A DNA stretch of 64,000 bases. Source: Nitrospirota bacterium. GTDB lineage: Bacteria; Nitrospirota; UBA9217. The stretch spans positions 544,001-608,000 of the forward strand of contig CAWJQQ010000001.1 of NCBI GenBank assembly GCA_963845065.1, read 5' to 3'. Made by a program: the position numbers and the translations under genes. Below, in pieces: positions 41,935 through 52,147 of the stretch. Each line of letters begins with the position of its first letter. The stretch's first letter is position 1. The notes beneath the pieces were generated by a model, which ran no database searches, was not told where the DNA came from, and worked only from the letters and a program-made list of their open reading frames with translations.

Positions 41935-43212
41935 ATGAACACCTTCATCGAAAAGAAGCAGGAAACCGTCGAAGCAGTGTATTTCCTGAGCGATCTTATC
42001 GGAACGAAAGTTCTTAATGGTGATAAAAAGATCGGGAAACTCCAGGATATCGCCATTATTGAACAGGGAAAGCTCCCGATCGCGACTCATTTTGTTGTAC
42101 ACCGTCCCTTTGGCCGTAAACCTCTTCTGGTCCCTTGGGAGCGGGTGGTGGCGGTTAACGTGACGCGGATAATCGTCGATCTTGAAGTTATAGAACAATT
42201 TGAGGGAGAACCCGCGGAAACGCAGGTACTTTTGAACGATCACATCCTGGACAAAAAGGTCCTTGATATGGACGACAACGAGGTCGATGTAGTATATGAT
42301 ATAAAACTGGCACTACGAAACCATGTACTTTACGTAACCGATGTCGACTTCAGTAAATACGCCCTGTTTAAGAGGCTGGGCTTCAAACCATTCATGAAAC
42401 TGCTGTTCGGCGATTCCAATTTCATAAAAAAGGACACTCTCTCCTGGTCCTATGTCCAGCCCCTGCCGGAACATCTCGGGAGCTTTAAAGGTAATGTCAA
42501 GCTTAACGTGCTTAAGGAGAAGCTTACGGAAATTCCACCGGTTGATCTCGCGGACATTTTGGAAGAACTAAGCGGTGAGCAGCGTCTCGCAATCTTCAAT
42601 CAACTGGAGACCGAACATGCATCGGATACATTGGAGGAAATCGAACCACGCGTTCAGCGAGAACTAATCTCTTCGATCAAGAAGGAACGGGCTGTGGAAC
42701 TGATCAATGCCATGACCCCTGCACAGGCAGCCGATATCCTTGCCATTCTGCCTGCCAGTGATGCCGATGATATTCTGAGGCTGATCGATAAGGAGAATGC
42801 TGGAAAAATTCAGTATATGCTCGATAAACAGGACGAGAAGATAATCAATTTTTCTACCTCGAATTTCATCAAGCTTCCGCCAGATACTCTGGTAAGCCAG
42901 ATCCTGGAACGATTCCGAGAGATTGCGCGTGACAAAGACGAGATAATGTATCTGTATATCGTAGATGAAAAGGACACTTTATTGGGTGTGGCAGATGTCA
43001 AAGAAGTGTTAAAGGCCAATGCTGACGATAGACTGGCTGATATCATGACTACAAACATCATTCATTTAGGTCCGGAAAAAACTCTTCGTGAGGCATCTGA
43101 GATGTTTTTGAGATATAGCTTCAGGGCTATACCGGTGACCGATGATAAAGCTGTTATTCTCGGTGTCATCCCTTATCGTGATATTATGAACCTTAAGCAT
43201 CGATTAATATAA
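41935..43212 (+). CDS. PRC-barrel / MgtE N-terminal / CBS domain protein (soluble MgtE-like)
   Basis: IGKLQDI (PRC), DLADILEEL...AADIL (MgtE_N), C-terminal CBS pair; no TM domain. Confidence 0.88.
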   Translation: MNTFIEKKQETVEAVYFLSDLIGTKVLNGDKKIGKLQDIAIIEQGKLPIATHFVVHRPFGRKPLLVPWERVVAVNVTRIIVDLEVIEQFEGEPAETQVLLNDHILDKKVLDMDDNEVDVVYDIKLALRNHVLYVTDVDFSKYALFKRLGFKPFMKLLFGDSNFIKKDTLSWSYVQPLPEHLGSFKGNVKLNVLKEKLTEIPPVDLADILEELSGEQRLAIFNQLETEHASDTLEEIEPRVQRELISSIKKERAVELINAMTPAQAADILAILPASDADDILRLIDKENAGKIQYMLDKQDEKIINFSTSNFIKLPPDTLVSQILERFREIARDKDEIMYLYIVDEKDTLLGVADVKEVLKANADDRLADIMTTNIIHLGPEKTLREASEMFLRYSFRAIPVTDDKAVILGVIPYRDIMNLKHRLI

Positions 43213-43975
43213 ACGACAATGGCATCAAAACGTCTATGCTTTGCCGAAATGCTTTGCAATAATTTTACGGGTGTTTTCTATTGGTTTCAGAGTTTTATTC
43301 GCTTGAAATTTTCTTGGATATCAAAGGGAGTTATTTTATTTGTAAATACTAACAAATTCAGATTGTAACTTTTACCTGTTTTGGGAAATGGGAACTCAAA
43401 CACTTCAGAATTGACTTCGCCAGTCATTATGAATCGAAATAATTGTACATTTCAATCTTATTTTAGACCCAGAGGCAATGATACTAACTGTAGTGAACTA
43501 TCTATGCTTTTTCCCGTCGCAACATGCTGAAGATCTCTGGTTGAGTTATCCACGGTAGTGTGACTTGCACCAGCCGGCTCAGATCTTACTGATGACGCCA
43601 ACTCCAAAGGTTGCAATTTCCATACGGTACCATCGGCCCTGTCTCTGTCCTGTTACTATCCAACAAAAGAAAACCGCATTTGCGTATACTATAAGTCCTT
43701 GAATAGGTAGGGCGAGGAAAGGGGAGATTGAACCCCCTTGGGATGACGGGTATGAAGACATCAAAAAAATCATGAGAAAGCAGACATGATTTATTCGATA
43801 AGAGAATCGTCCAAATTATACTTGATAATTATTTCGATTTGTAAAAATAGTAAAGGAACGCCAGGTTGTCACCAAAGAGTATTATAAGCGACAGTTCGCG
43901 GTCATTGGTTCAGATTCACCAGCGGTAGACACCGCCGCTTACGCTCGTTCGTCTGCCAACTGATGAAGGAGGAGC

Positions 43976-44370
43976 ATGATTCATTTTATATTTTAGAACT
44001 ATGCTTTTAGCGTCGGCAAAAAAACGATTGATGAACAGCACCTGCAAATCATCAATATCCTGAATGAACTGTATGCAGCCAAAGATGATTTTTCGCAAGT
44101 AGCTCCGAAACATGTCATAGCTCAGTTGAAATGATATACGGAAACCTATTTTGCTTATGAAGAGGATCTGATGCGGGCGGCTAGGTATCTCGATTTGGAA
44201 AGCCATGCCAAAATTTATTTATAGATGACACGAAAGACCGGGGGAGTTTGCGGAAAATGTCATCGGCACTCCAGACACCTTGGCCAACGAGGAATTCAAT
44301 TTTATTAAAAATGGTGGTTCAGCCGCATCAGGGACAGTGATATAAGATATGCCCCTTATATCTCGCCTTA
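43976..44370 (+). pseudogene. Bacteriohemerythrin pseudogene
   Basis: SVG.KTIDEQH..IINILNELY...YTETYFAYEEDLM...Y.DLESH with several stops. Confidence 0.75.
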
Positions 44371-44424
44371 GAATTAATTCTTGTCTCCATCCGGCACGCC
44401 GCTCACCAGTTTATCCGCTGACAT

Positions 44425-44865
44425 CTACTTGATCTTCTCCGTAAAGTAGTTAATGATATTCGTCAGCGTGACAATGCCCGACAGCCTGCCATTGTCAACG
44501 ACAGGGAGCTGTTTTACCCTCCTGAGGATCATAAGAGAGCCTGCCTTCACGATGGGCGTGTCGCTCGTTATGGTGATAGGCGGCGTCCCCATGATGGTAC
44601 GAACCGTTATATCGTACAGCTTGTGCGCCCGTTCTTCAATGTACTCGAAGCTCGCAATGTGGCGCTCGTCTTCCATGATGTCGGAATAGCTCGGTAAAAC
44701 GGCCTTGAACATATCGGCCTTCGTGATCACTCCCTTGACTGTTCCTCCCTCTAAAACCACGAGGCCGTTCACGTGGTATTTTTTCAGAATCTCAGCGCAC
44801 TCCTTCAAGGTTTGGTCTGGCCCTATGGTATGGACCTGTTTCGTCATTATCTCGGCAATCTTCAT
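44425..44865 (-). CDS. CBS domain protein
   Basis: IAEIMTKQV...GVITKAD; IMGTPP...LPVVDNGRLSGIVT. Confidence 0.9.
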   Translation of the reverse strand: MKIAEIMTKQVHTIGPDQTLKECAEILKKYHVNGLVVLEGGTVKGVITKADMFKAVLPSYSDIMEDERHIASFEYIEERAHKLYDITVRTIMGTPPITITSDTPIVKAGSLMILRRVKQLPVVDNGRLSGIVTLTNIINYFTEKIK

Positions 44866-44982
44866 GGGCGTATCTCCTTCAGATGATATTTGTATGCCTC
44901 AATTTTAAAAAGCTGAAACTGTCGCGATTACGAAATAGACTTCGCATGAATAAATTAAGTTGTTTGCAACACTACCTACCGT

Positions 44983-45155
44983 TTAATCATCGATGTTCTT
45001 CAGGTACTGGTTGATCCTGAAAATAAATCTTCTCGCGTCTTTCACAATCTTTTCAGCAGTCTCATGGACGATCAGTACCTTAGCGGTGTAGTCGCTCTCT
45101 TCATGCTTCTTTCGCGCATAATCGAAAATGTTGCCGTACTCGACCTTGATGACCT
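44983..45155 (-). pseudogene. HEPN-domain C-terminal fragment
   Basis: EYGNIFDYARKKHEESDY...AEKIVKDARRFI. Confidence 0.5.
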
Positions 45156-45158
45156 CAA

Positions 45159-45731
45159 CTATTGCATGGGAGGAAGAGGAGGTGGAGGAGGCGGCGGTGG
45201 TGCGAGATGAGGCTGTGACAAATCGGGCGGTGCGGACTTCATGTCCGACGGGGGAGGTGGCGGAGGAATCTTCTGAACACGATAATATCGTCTCACTCCT
45301 GGAACGATATTCCCATTTGCATACATGCACTGTTCATATGCAATATCATACCGACGCTGAGCCTCCTCTCCATAAAACTCTCCCGAGTTTGCACCTGAGG
45401 CCGTGCCGATGAGAAGCCCGCTAGCAGCGCCAATCACCGCACCTGCACCTGCCTGACCTGAAGCAGCCCCAATAGCCGCTCCGAGACCTGCTCCTATAGC
45501 GGTGCCAACCGCGGCCCCTGCTGCTGTATTTTGATTAGCCGTCTCCTGTGGAGTGAGCCCGATTTGCTGTCGTGCCCATTGTCTGCACATACTGTCCTCC
45601 GCCTGGAACATATCAAATGGCTTGCCCGGAGGCGGCAAAACCATTACGCTGGGACCAGTCGGGATGGTCGCACATCCTCCCACTACCAGCAGAGCAAAAG
45701 ATATCAAGATGCTTCGATTGTATGTCCTCAT
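45159..45731 (-). CDS. Glycine-zipper lipoprotein with Pro-rich tail
   Basis: Lipobox VGGC; GAAVGTAIGAGLGAAIG; QRRYDIAYEQCMYANG. Confidence 0.85.
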   Translation of the reverse strand: MRTYNRSILISFALLVVGGCATIPTGPSVMVLPPPGKPFDMFQAEDSMCRQWARQQIGLTPQETANQNTAAGAAVGTAIGAGLGAAIGAASGQAGAGAVIGAASGLLIGTASGANSGEFYGEEAQRRYDIAYEQCMYANGNIVPGVRRYYRVQKIPPPPPPSDMKSAPPDLSQPHLAPPPPPPPPLPPMQ

Positions 45732-45738
45732 AATGTCT

Positions 45739-46146
45739 TCACTCCCTACCATTTGGTGGACCTGGAGTTGGAACAACCTTCATCCAGCCGCCGGGACATT
45801 GCTTCACGTATGGGTAATAAGCCTTGGAGTCTGGACAGAAGTACCAGTAACTCTGTTGTTCCTCTATCGGAGCCTGCTGTTCATATATTGGGGCTTGTTG
45901 CTGTATAACGGGCGGCTCAGAGTAATAATAGGGATAATAAGGTAAACCCCACCACGGATCCCACCATCCTGGCCCGATCCAAACGACTCCCCCTCCATGG
46001 CCTCTGCCATAATAGCCTCCATGACCTCCATGACCTCCATAGCCACCGTGACCTCCTCCATGGCCTCCCGTATATGCATACACGGGCAAGACGCCTACAA
46101 GGAGTATTACTATAATAGCAATGGAGAGATAAATTATTCTTTTCAT
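45739..46146 (-). CDS. Secreted Gly/His/Pro/Tyr-rich small protein
   Basis: Signal peptide; GGHGG repeats; YWYFCPDSKAYYPYVKQCPGGW. Confidence 0.85.
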   Translation of the reverse strand: MKRIIYLSIAIIVILLVGVLPVYAYTGGHGGGHGGYGGHGGHGGYYGRGHGGGVVWIGPGWWDPWWGLPYYPYYYSEPPVIQQQAPIYEQQAPIEEQQSYWYFCPDSKAYYPYVKQCPGGWMKVVPTPGPPNGRE

Positions 46147-46539
46147 ATTCAATTACTCCTTTCTCCATTATCGCATATAGTGTGTTATCTTCAATCTTTC
46201 TTTACTGTATTTAGACACTTGTGATAATAAAAAGTTAAACAGGCTAAAGGTAGCAATACTTTAGGCAGACAGATCTATTTTACCATATAATCTATGATTC
46301 CATAATGATTCTAATAAAACAAATGAATTTAAAAAATATCTCAATTCCACTAAGCCTAATATCGCCGTAGTGACGCATGTGATCAGTACCTTTATCTGAT
46401 GAGATGCCCAGCCGAAGGCAGAAATATAGATAAATATGGAGAATTTGGTTCCGATCTTTACATATCCGCGGCGTCACAGCTATGGACGTGCCGTGCTTGC
46501 CAAAAGTTCAATTTCGCCATGATATACTGTATCTTGAGT

Positions 46540-46853
46540 TACGTCTTTGGTGATCGGCTTCCTATCCTTATTCGTTATCGCGATACAGAATGGAATAATC
46601 CTTATAGCCAATGTGAAAAATTGAGTAACGAACATGGTCACGATTTATTAAGCGCCACTTACGTCCTGTGGTTATGATTACGTTATTGGCTGGCTTGGGG
46701 CTTTTGCCCTCAGCATTATCTCATGCAGTATGCTCTCAGGCTCAGAGGCCATTGGCGCTCGTGATTGATCGGAGGAATGGTTTCAACTACTCTACTTACA
46801 TTGCTAGTACTTCCTGTTATTTTTGCCAAGGTCAATAAGGCGGCTGTCGGTTA
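46540..46853 (+). pseudogene. CusA/CzcA RND permease C-terminal fragment
   Basis: LRPVVMITLLAGLGLLP...QRPLALV / GGMVSTTLLTLLVLP. Confidence 0.7.
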
Positions 46854-47211
46854 AAAACTTTCGACATTGTAGACAAGATAATCAGTATGAATAGATGCTA
46901 ACACTTGGTTGTAGCTTTATCAGTTTAGAAGAATGGAAACTTCAACCAGGATGTAGTTGTTGATAGAAAAATAAATCACAAAATGCAAATGACTATTGTT
47001 CTAGACTATCTAGAAATGGTTTCCGGTTTAAAATGTAATCATTGTCCGATGCATATCGGAATCTGCAAGTTGGTTGCAACAATCGTGAATGCAAGAATCA
47101 AAATTTGATTGAAGTCGTTGTCTGGTTTCGCGGTAATGGCAGTTATAAATTCGTAAAAAAAAGATAATATTTTAAAAGGTATTGAAATTAAGTATTTTTG
47201 ATCAGTTAATA

Positions 47212-49013
47212 CCTGAATCCTGCACGCTGATGGAGTGAAAAAGATAAAACCATACAGGTTACACTGATATAATGCGGTTATCTCGCGAACAACCCATGAT
47301 ATCAGGAGGTAACCCATATGGTTAAACGACAAAAGAAGCATAGCGCGAAAAACGGCATGAATCAAGGTCAAAATGAAGGCCATTCGGAACCCGCTAAAAT
47401 CAGCCCTAATACGCGCTACGAGTATTGCAGTGAACGGCTTTCACCCTTCGGCGGACTGCTGGCGTTAGAGAAGTTCATGGACGCGGTAAAGTTCCAGGAG
47501 GTTTTCGAGGGATTTTATCAGCCACCAGGCCGCACGCCGGACCAGGGACATTATAAAGCAGTGTATGGGATTCTGGTGTTGCTTTTCATTGGATTCACGC
47601 GGCTGTGGCATTTTCAATACATACAAACGGATCCAATGGTGTGCGCCCTGTTCGGCGTGTCCAAGTTGCCGCACGTGACGACTTACTGGCGATACGTTGC
47701 GTCCTTGGGCATCAATCAAGGGAAGTCGCTGCTTTTGGTGATGGCGGCGCTACGAGAACGGGTCTGGAAATTGTGCGAGATCAGCTACAGCGTCATCCAT
47801 GTTAATCTTGATACGACAGTTGAGACCATCTTTGGCGATCAGGAAGGCGGCCGCAAGGGACACAATACCCGGTACCGGGGAAAAAAGGGATTTCGTCCTG
47901 TCCTGGGTTTCATTGAGGAGACGCGAGAGTATCTTGTCGGAAAGCTTCGCAAGGGCGCGACCATCTCTGGCAAAGAAGTCGCGGAGGTGATCAAGAGCAT
48001 CAAGAAATACCTTCCTGCTTGTGTCAAAAAGGTGATTCTTCGAGGTGACGGCGAGTTCATCAGTTGGGATGCGGTTAAAGCTGCGGAAGACGAAAGGCAC
48101 ATGTACATCTTCGGCAATAAAGGATGCAAGCCGCCCTTTGATTCCAAGATGTGGTACAAGGTGCACAAAATCGATAGCGTAGAATACAATGAGTGCTGGT
48201 ATAAACCGACGGGATGGCCGGGAGAACGCCGTTTCGTCTCAATGCGTATTCCGGGAAAGAAATCAGGCAAGGGAGACACGCAGCTTGAGCTTTTGGAAGA
48301 CGGTGGTTTTACGTATCGGCAATTTGTCACCAATCATCCAGGCAAGTCTCATCAGGCTATCAGCGAGTATGACAAGCGGGCAGATTGCGAGAACCAGATC
48401 GGCGAAGTAAAGCGAGAGGGACTGTCGGCTATTCCCACGCGTCGGTTCATGAACAACTACGCATATTTTCAGATCGTTCTTTTGGCCTACAACAGTTGGA
48501 GATCGTTCAAGATGCTCGCAGAATTCAGCGAGAAGCAGAAACGCACTCAAGATAACGCGGCAGTCACCGCCTTGAGCGGCATTCAGGACAACACCATCAA
48601 AATCGCTCGGTTGAAGCTGCTCATGATCGCGACAAAGCTGGTCATGAGCGGCAATACGACGAAGGCGCGGTACTCCGAACACGACAACAGGGTAGCAGGA
48701 CTCTTTAGCTTCATGGAGCATCTTGATCAGCTACGCAATCAGGTGCGCCCGTGGCTTGATGGCGGTCAGTGGCAATGCCGGCACATGGAGGTTATGAGGC
48801 TGCAACCCGCTGAAAATTCTTCATGATGCAATTGTGCAAGAAATTTCTTGCACAATATAGGCTGAGAAGCTTGGAATTGTGCTTTTCTGCCTTATGCGAT
48901 GAGGAATGCGGCAGTTAAGATGAAATGAAAGCTGTCGAAGGGTAAGCGGAAGATGCGGGAATCAAAACAAACCCGACGAGTCGGGGGAACTACGTTTTGA
49001 TGCAAGATTCAGG
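47212..49013 (+). mobile_element. IS1380 family element (1802 bp), 5-bp TSD TAATA
   Basis: IRs CCTGAATCCTGCA / CCTGAATCTTGCA; TAATA at 47207-47211 and 49014-49018. Confidence 0.9.
47318..48826 (+). CDS. IS1380 family transposase
   Basis: LSPFGGL, NLDTTV, LRGDGEF, YDKRADCENQIGEVK. Confidence 0.9.
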   Translation: MVKRQKKHSAKNGMNQGQNEGHSEPAKISPNTRYEYCSERLSPFGGLLALEKFMDAVKFQEVFEGFYQPPGRTPDQGHYKAVYGILVLLFIGFTRLWHFQYIQTDPMVCALFGVSKLPHVTTYWRYVASLGINQGKSLLLVMAALRERVWKLCEISYSVIHVNLDTTVETIFGDQEGGRKGHNTRYRGKKGFRPVLGFIEETREYLVGKLRKGATISGKEVAEVIKSIKKYLPACVKKVILRGDGEFISWDAVKAAEDERHMYIFGNKGCKPPFDSKMWYKVHKIDSVEYNECWYKPTGWPGERRFVSMRIPGKKSGKGDTQLELLEDGGFTYRQFVTNHPGKSHQAISEYDKRADCENQIGEVKREGLSAIPTRRFMNNYAYFQIVLLAYNSWRSFKMLAEFSEKQKRTQDNAAVTALSGIQDNTIKIARLKLLMIATKLVMSGNTTKARYSEHDNRVAGLFSFMEHLDQLRNQVRPWLDGGQWQCRHMEVMRLQPAENSS

Positions 49014-49211
49014 TAATATATATGGGGAAATGGTAAGGTGATCCGCCTCATTGGAGTGGAAGGTTGTATGCCTAGCCTGGTATCTAACCAAGCTAATAAA
49101 ATGAGGTCAAAAAAGTCACCAAAATGGGGTTTATGAGGGCTGTACTTGTGTCTCACAAGAAATCTTTATAGACACCTTTGTTATTTCTGAAGGAAGTGGT
49201 GGAATAAAAAA

Positions 49212-49240
49212 ATGAACCGACACGATGTGTGCCGGTTCAT
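49212..49240. terminator. Intrinsic terminator-like hairpin
   Basis: ATGAACCG-ACAC...GTG-CCGGTTCAT preceded by an A-run (T-tract on the minus strand). Confidence 0.5.
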
Positions 49241-49300
49241 CTGCGATGCTTTATGAACAAGTAATAGAAGAAAGACCTTTTACTGAACCTTTGCTTTGAG

Positions 49301-49516
49301 TTATGCAATTTCCTTATTCATTGCTTTGATTGTCTTTTGTTGTTCCTGAACTACTTTTGTAAGCAATGCTGGTACATCCAGTGCAGACAATCCCTTCCTA
49401 TCTTTGGTCGCAAGAATTGCCGGCATGCTCAACCCTATTGCCTTTCTGCAATAAGGACAAACTTTTGCATCTATTGGAATCATCATTGCACACATTGCAC
49501 AACATTTGCATTTCAT
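49301..49516 (-). pseudogene. Chimeric remnant: zinc-ribbon start plus S74 tail-chaperone-like end
   Basis: CAMMIPIDAKVCPYC joined to DRKGLSALDVPALLTKVVQEQQKTI. Confidence 0.4.
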
Positions 49517-50336
49517 AATCACACCCCCATCCATTGTATTTGTATTTTGAATGCTAATGGCGATGAGAACTATTTTTGATCCGTTTGTTCATTAGGTGTA
49601 TATACTTGTGTATTCAGGCGGGTATTCCGATTCACTTCAGGTACCCATTCAATTCAAGACGCTGAGTATAGATAAATAATTTATTGTGGCTGAAAACCAT
49701 AACCTTCCATCGCATCTACTCATATCTATGACCTATTACAAGCCCTTGGTCGTCTTTAATAAATATTTTAATCATTTAGTTGACATACGTCCAATATATA
49801 GACGATATTAAACAATACTTATACGATAATAGAGCAATTGGTGGCTTGTTTGAGCTATGGCGAAAAAACTGTAATTATGTGTCTGTTACGCAAATAGCAT
49901 TTCAAGCAAAATTGTCATTATAAGTGTATCGCAGAATATTTAATTTTATAGCGGCCCCGGTTTTCTTTGACGCGATTTTATTTTAAAACATATGCCAAGA
50001 AAACAGGAACCGCCATAGTATCAACAATCCACCAAGTATCCGTCAATAATCGCCTTGTCTAGTGTGCAGTTCATTGTGCGAGTGCTATTAATTGCAACCC
50101 TTGGTGTAAAATGTTTTACAATTGTATTGTGTAAGGTTAGCAAATGTCGCGTCTGATGTCCATATTGAGATGAATATATTTAAGAGTACCAAAAAGGATC
50201 TCTCATGAAGCGTATAAGTAGGAAGATATATGGTATATAAAAAAAGTAGCAATACACAATTCAAAAAGAGGGGTTTGGGGTTATGTGGTTTGAGCCGTGC
50301 GGATTTCGAAGTGTCCTGTTACTTACTACCTGTAAA

Positions 50337-51864
50337 GATCAGGTCAAGTTTTTAGTTGAAATTAGTTGAGTGGCCCGCGCTCCCTTCGGCTAAGGCTTTT
50401 TATCGATTCAACGGTGTAAAGCATCGTTGTGTATAAAATCGGATTCGTAGGATCGCCATATTTGAGTTTTCTGAGGCCGAGCCATACCTAACCATCCCTC
50501 CTTATGCAGCCTTTTTGACCGTTAGGTCATTTATTTCGTCCGCCTCGATCCGTTTCATCACGTCCGCGATGAAGGCGTGACCCTTGATCTTCCTGAATCC
50601 TTGTTCAGCATATAAAAGAACAGAAGCGAGCCAGCGCTGCATCATCTTGCTGTCGCGATAGCGCTTTATATTGCCCTCTGCTTTTCTCACCGTAGAAAAC
50701 ATGCTCTCAATAGGATTGGTAGAATGCAAGGTATTCCGCAAGAGAGCGGGAACCTTCAACCGGTGAAGGGTGAGAATGTCTTCTATCGCTTCCATGAGCG
50801 AATCAGCCGCCGACTCATTGATGCCCCGAAGCCATTTCTCCATGTCCAGAAGCATCTGACGAGCATCTGCGTAATTATTCTGCTCCAGGGCAGTTCGGAA
50901 CCTCCTGTGTGCGTCTTTCCGGTATTTCTTCGGCAAATGATGCTGTATATTGCGGTCCTTGTGGATCGTGCACCGCTGATGGATCAATTTCTTGCCGAAG
51001 CGATCCCGGAGAGCTTTGATTACGCCTCTGCCACCATCGGTGACCCAGATGATTCGTCGTGATAGTGTCAGACCCCGCCGTTCCATATCGGAAAACAGTT
51101 CTTCGCACAATTCATGGTTCTCCGTCGCCCCCTGCCAGAATCCCAATGTCTGCTTCGTTCCAGCACTATCGAGCCCCAGCGCCACGATGAATGCCTCTCC
51201 GCCGCGGTGAACAGTGTCTAAAAAGACTGCAAAGGGGACGAATGACGTGAGTGACCGTTCCTTAAACTCCTGAAGCTGTTTTGCTGTTGCCGCGACGATA
51301 TGGCTCGACACCGTGCTGGCAGATACGCCAAATGCTTGCGCCGTATCTACAACCGTCTCCGCATACTTCCGGCATGATATGCCACGGAGTACCTTTCCAA
51401 GCAATTCTTCTGAGAAACCTTCCGGTTTTTTCAACTTCTGATAACTCTGAAGCGCAATCTCACCAGCCGGACCTCGAAGCCGAGGGTGGGTCACTGGGAT
51501 CTTCTGATCTCCGATATAGACGGAACCGCCCTGGCTTGCCCACTTCCACAGGTCAGGACTGGTGGGCTGGTAGTCTGGCCCGGCAATCTCCTCACGCTCG
51601 ATGTACATGATCGTCTCCGCCATCAGTCGGCCCATTTCCTTCATGCATTCATCAAAACCCTGTTTACCTTTTGCGAAGACATAATACATCTGTTCAATGA
51701 TCTCCTGCCTTCCATATGCCTCTTCAATTCCTCGTATTGCCTTTTTCCTCTTCCTTGTGGTATCCTTCATCGAGTGGCTCCTTTCTTTGTTTCTCTCTCT
51801 CTACCGTGGATTATGCCACGGGGGAGCCACTCTTTTCAATTTCAACTAAAAACAGTATAACCTC
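50337..51864 (-). mobile_element. IS256 family element, copy 2 (1528 bp), 9-bp TSD ACCTGTAAA
   Basis: Same IRs as copy 1; TSD at 50328-50336 and 51865-51873. Confidence 0.95.
50502..51770 (-). CDS. IS256 family transposase
   Basis: Identical to 7099-8367 except RFGKKL versus RFGNKL. Confidence 0.95.
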   Translation of the reverse strand: MKDTTRKRKKAIRGIEEAYGRQEIIEQMYYVFAKGKQGFDECMKEMGRLMAETIMYIEREEIAGPDYQPTSPDLWKWASQGGSVYIGDQKIPVTHPRLRGPAGEIALQSYQKLKKPEGFSEELLGKVLRGISCRKYAETVVDTAQAFGVSASTVSSHIVAATAKQLQEFKERSLTSFVPFAVFLDTVHRGGEAFIVALGLDSAGTKQTLGFWQGATENHELCEELFSDMERRGLTLSRRIIWVTDGGRGVIKALRDRFGKKLIHQRCTIHKDRNIQHHLPKKYRKDAHRRFRTALEQNNYADARQMLLDMEKWLRGINESAADSLMEAIEDILTLHRLKVPALLRNTLHSTNPIESMFSTVRKAEGNIKRYRDSKMMQRWLASVLLYAEQGFRKIKGHAFIADVMKRIEADEINDLTVKKAA

Positions 51865-52038
51865 ACCTGTAAAAGAAAATTATATTGTGTATGCTATAAG
51901 TCCTTGAATTGTTTGGAAGGGGAGGGGAGATTGAGCCCCTTTATGTGATGGAACCGAAGATACTAGCTTTATAAACGAGAAAAACAGTGTACTCAACCTT
52001 GATGTGGAATAGGCGGATTTGAGAGAAAGTGTTTTGAG

Positions 52039-52112
52039 CGGTTCGACAGGCTCACAACGAACGGACAAGGAATAACAATTTTGTTGCTTTCTTCGCTCGC
52101 CCTAAGGTCAAG
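52039..52112. repeat. Degenerate REP-like palindromic element
   Basis: TTCGACAGGCTCACAACGAACGG ... TTCGCTCGCCCTAAGGTC with an inner hairpin. Confidence 0.4.
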
Positions 52113-52147
52113 GATTAAACGGAGGCTTTTTCAATGGTGCCCTACGA

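Noticed and set aside
43545..43605. Fluoride riboswitch (CTGATGACGCC resembles its 3' end)
   Set aside because: The 5' GGNGATGG element and pseudoknot complement are missing
6934..51864. IS256 composite transposon
   Set aside because: Each copy has its own distinct TSD
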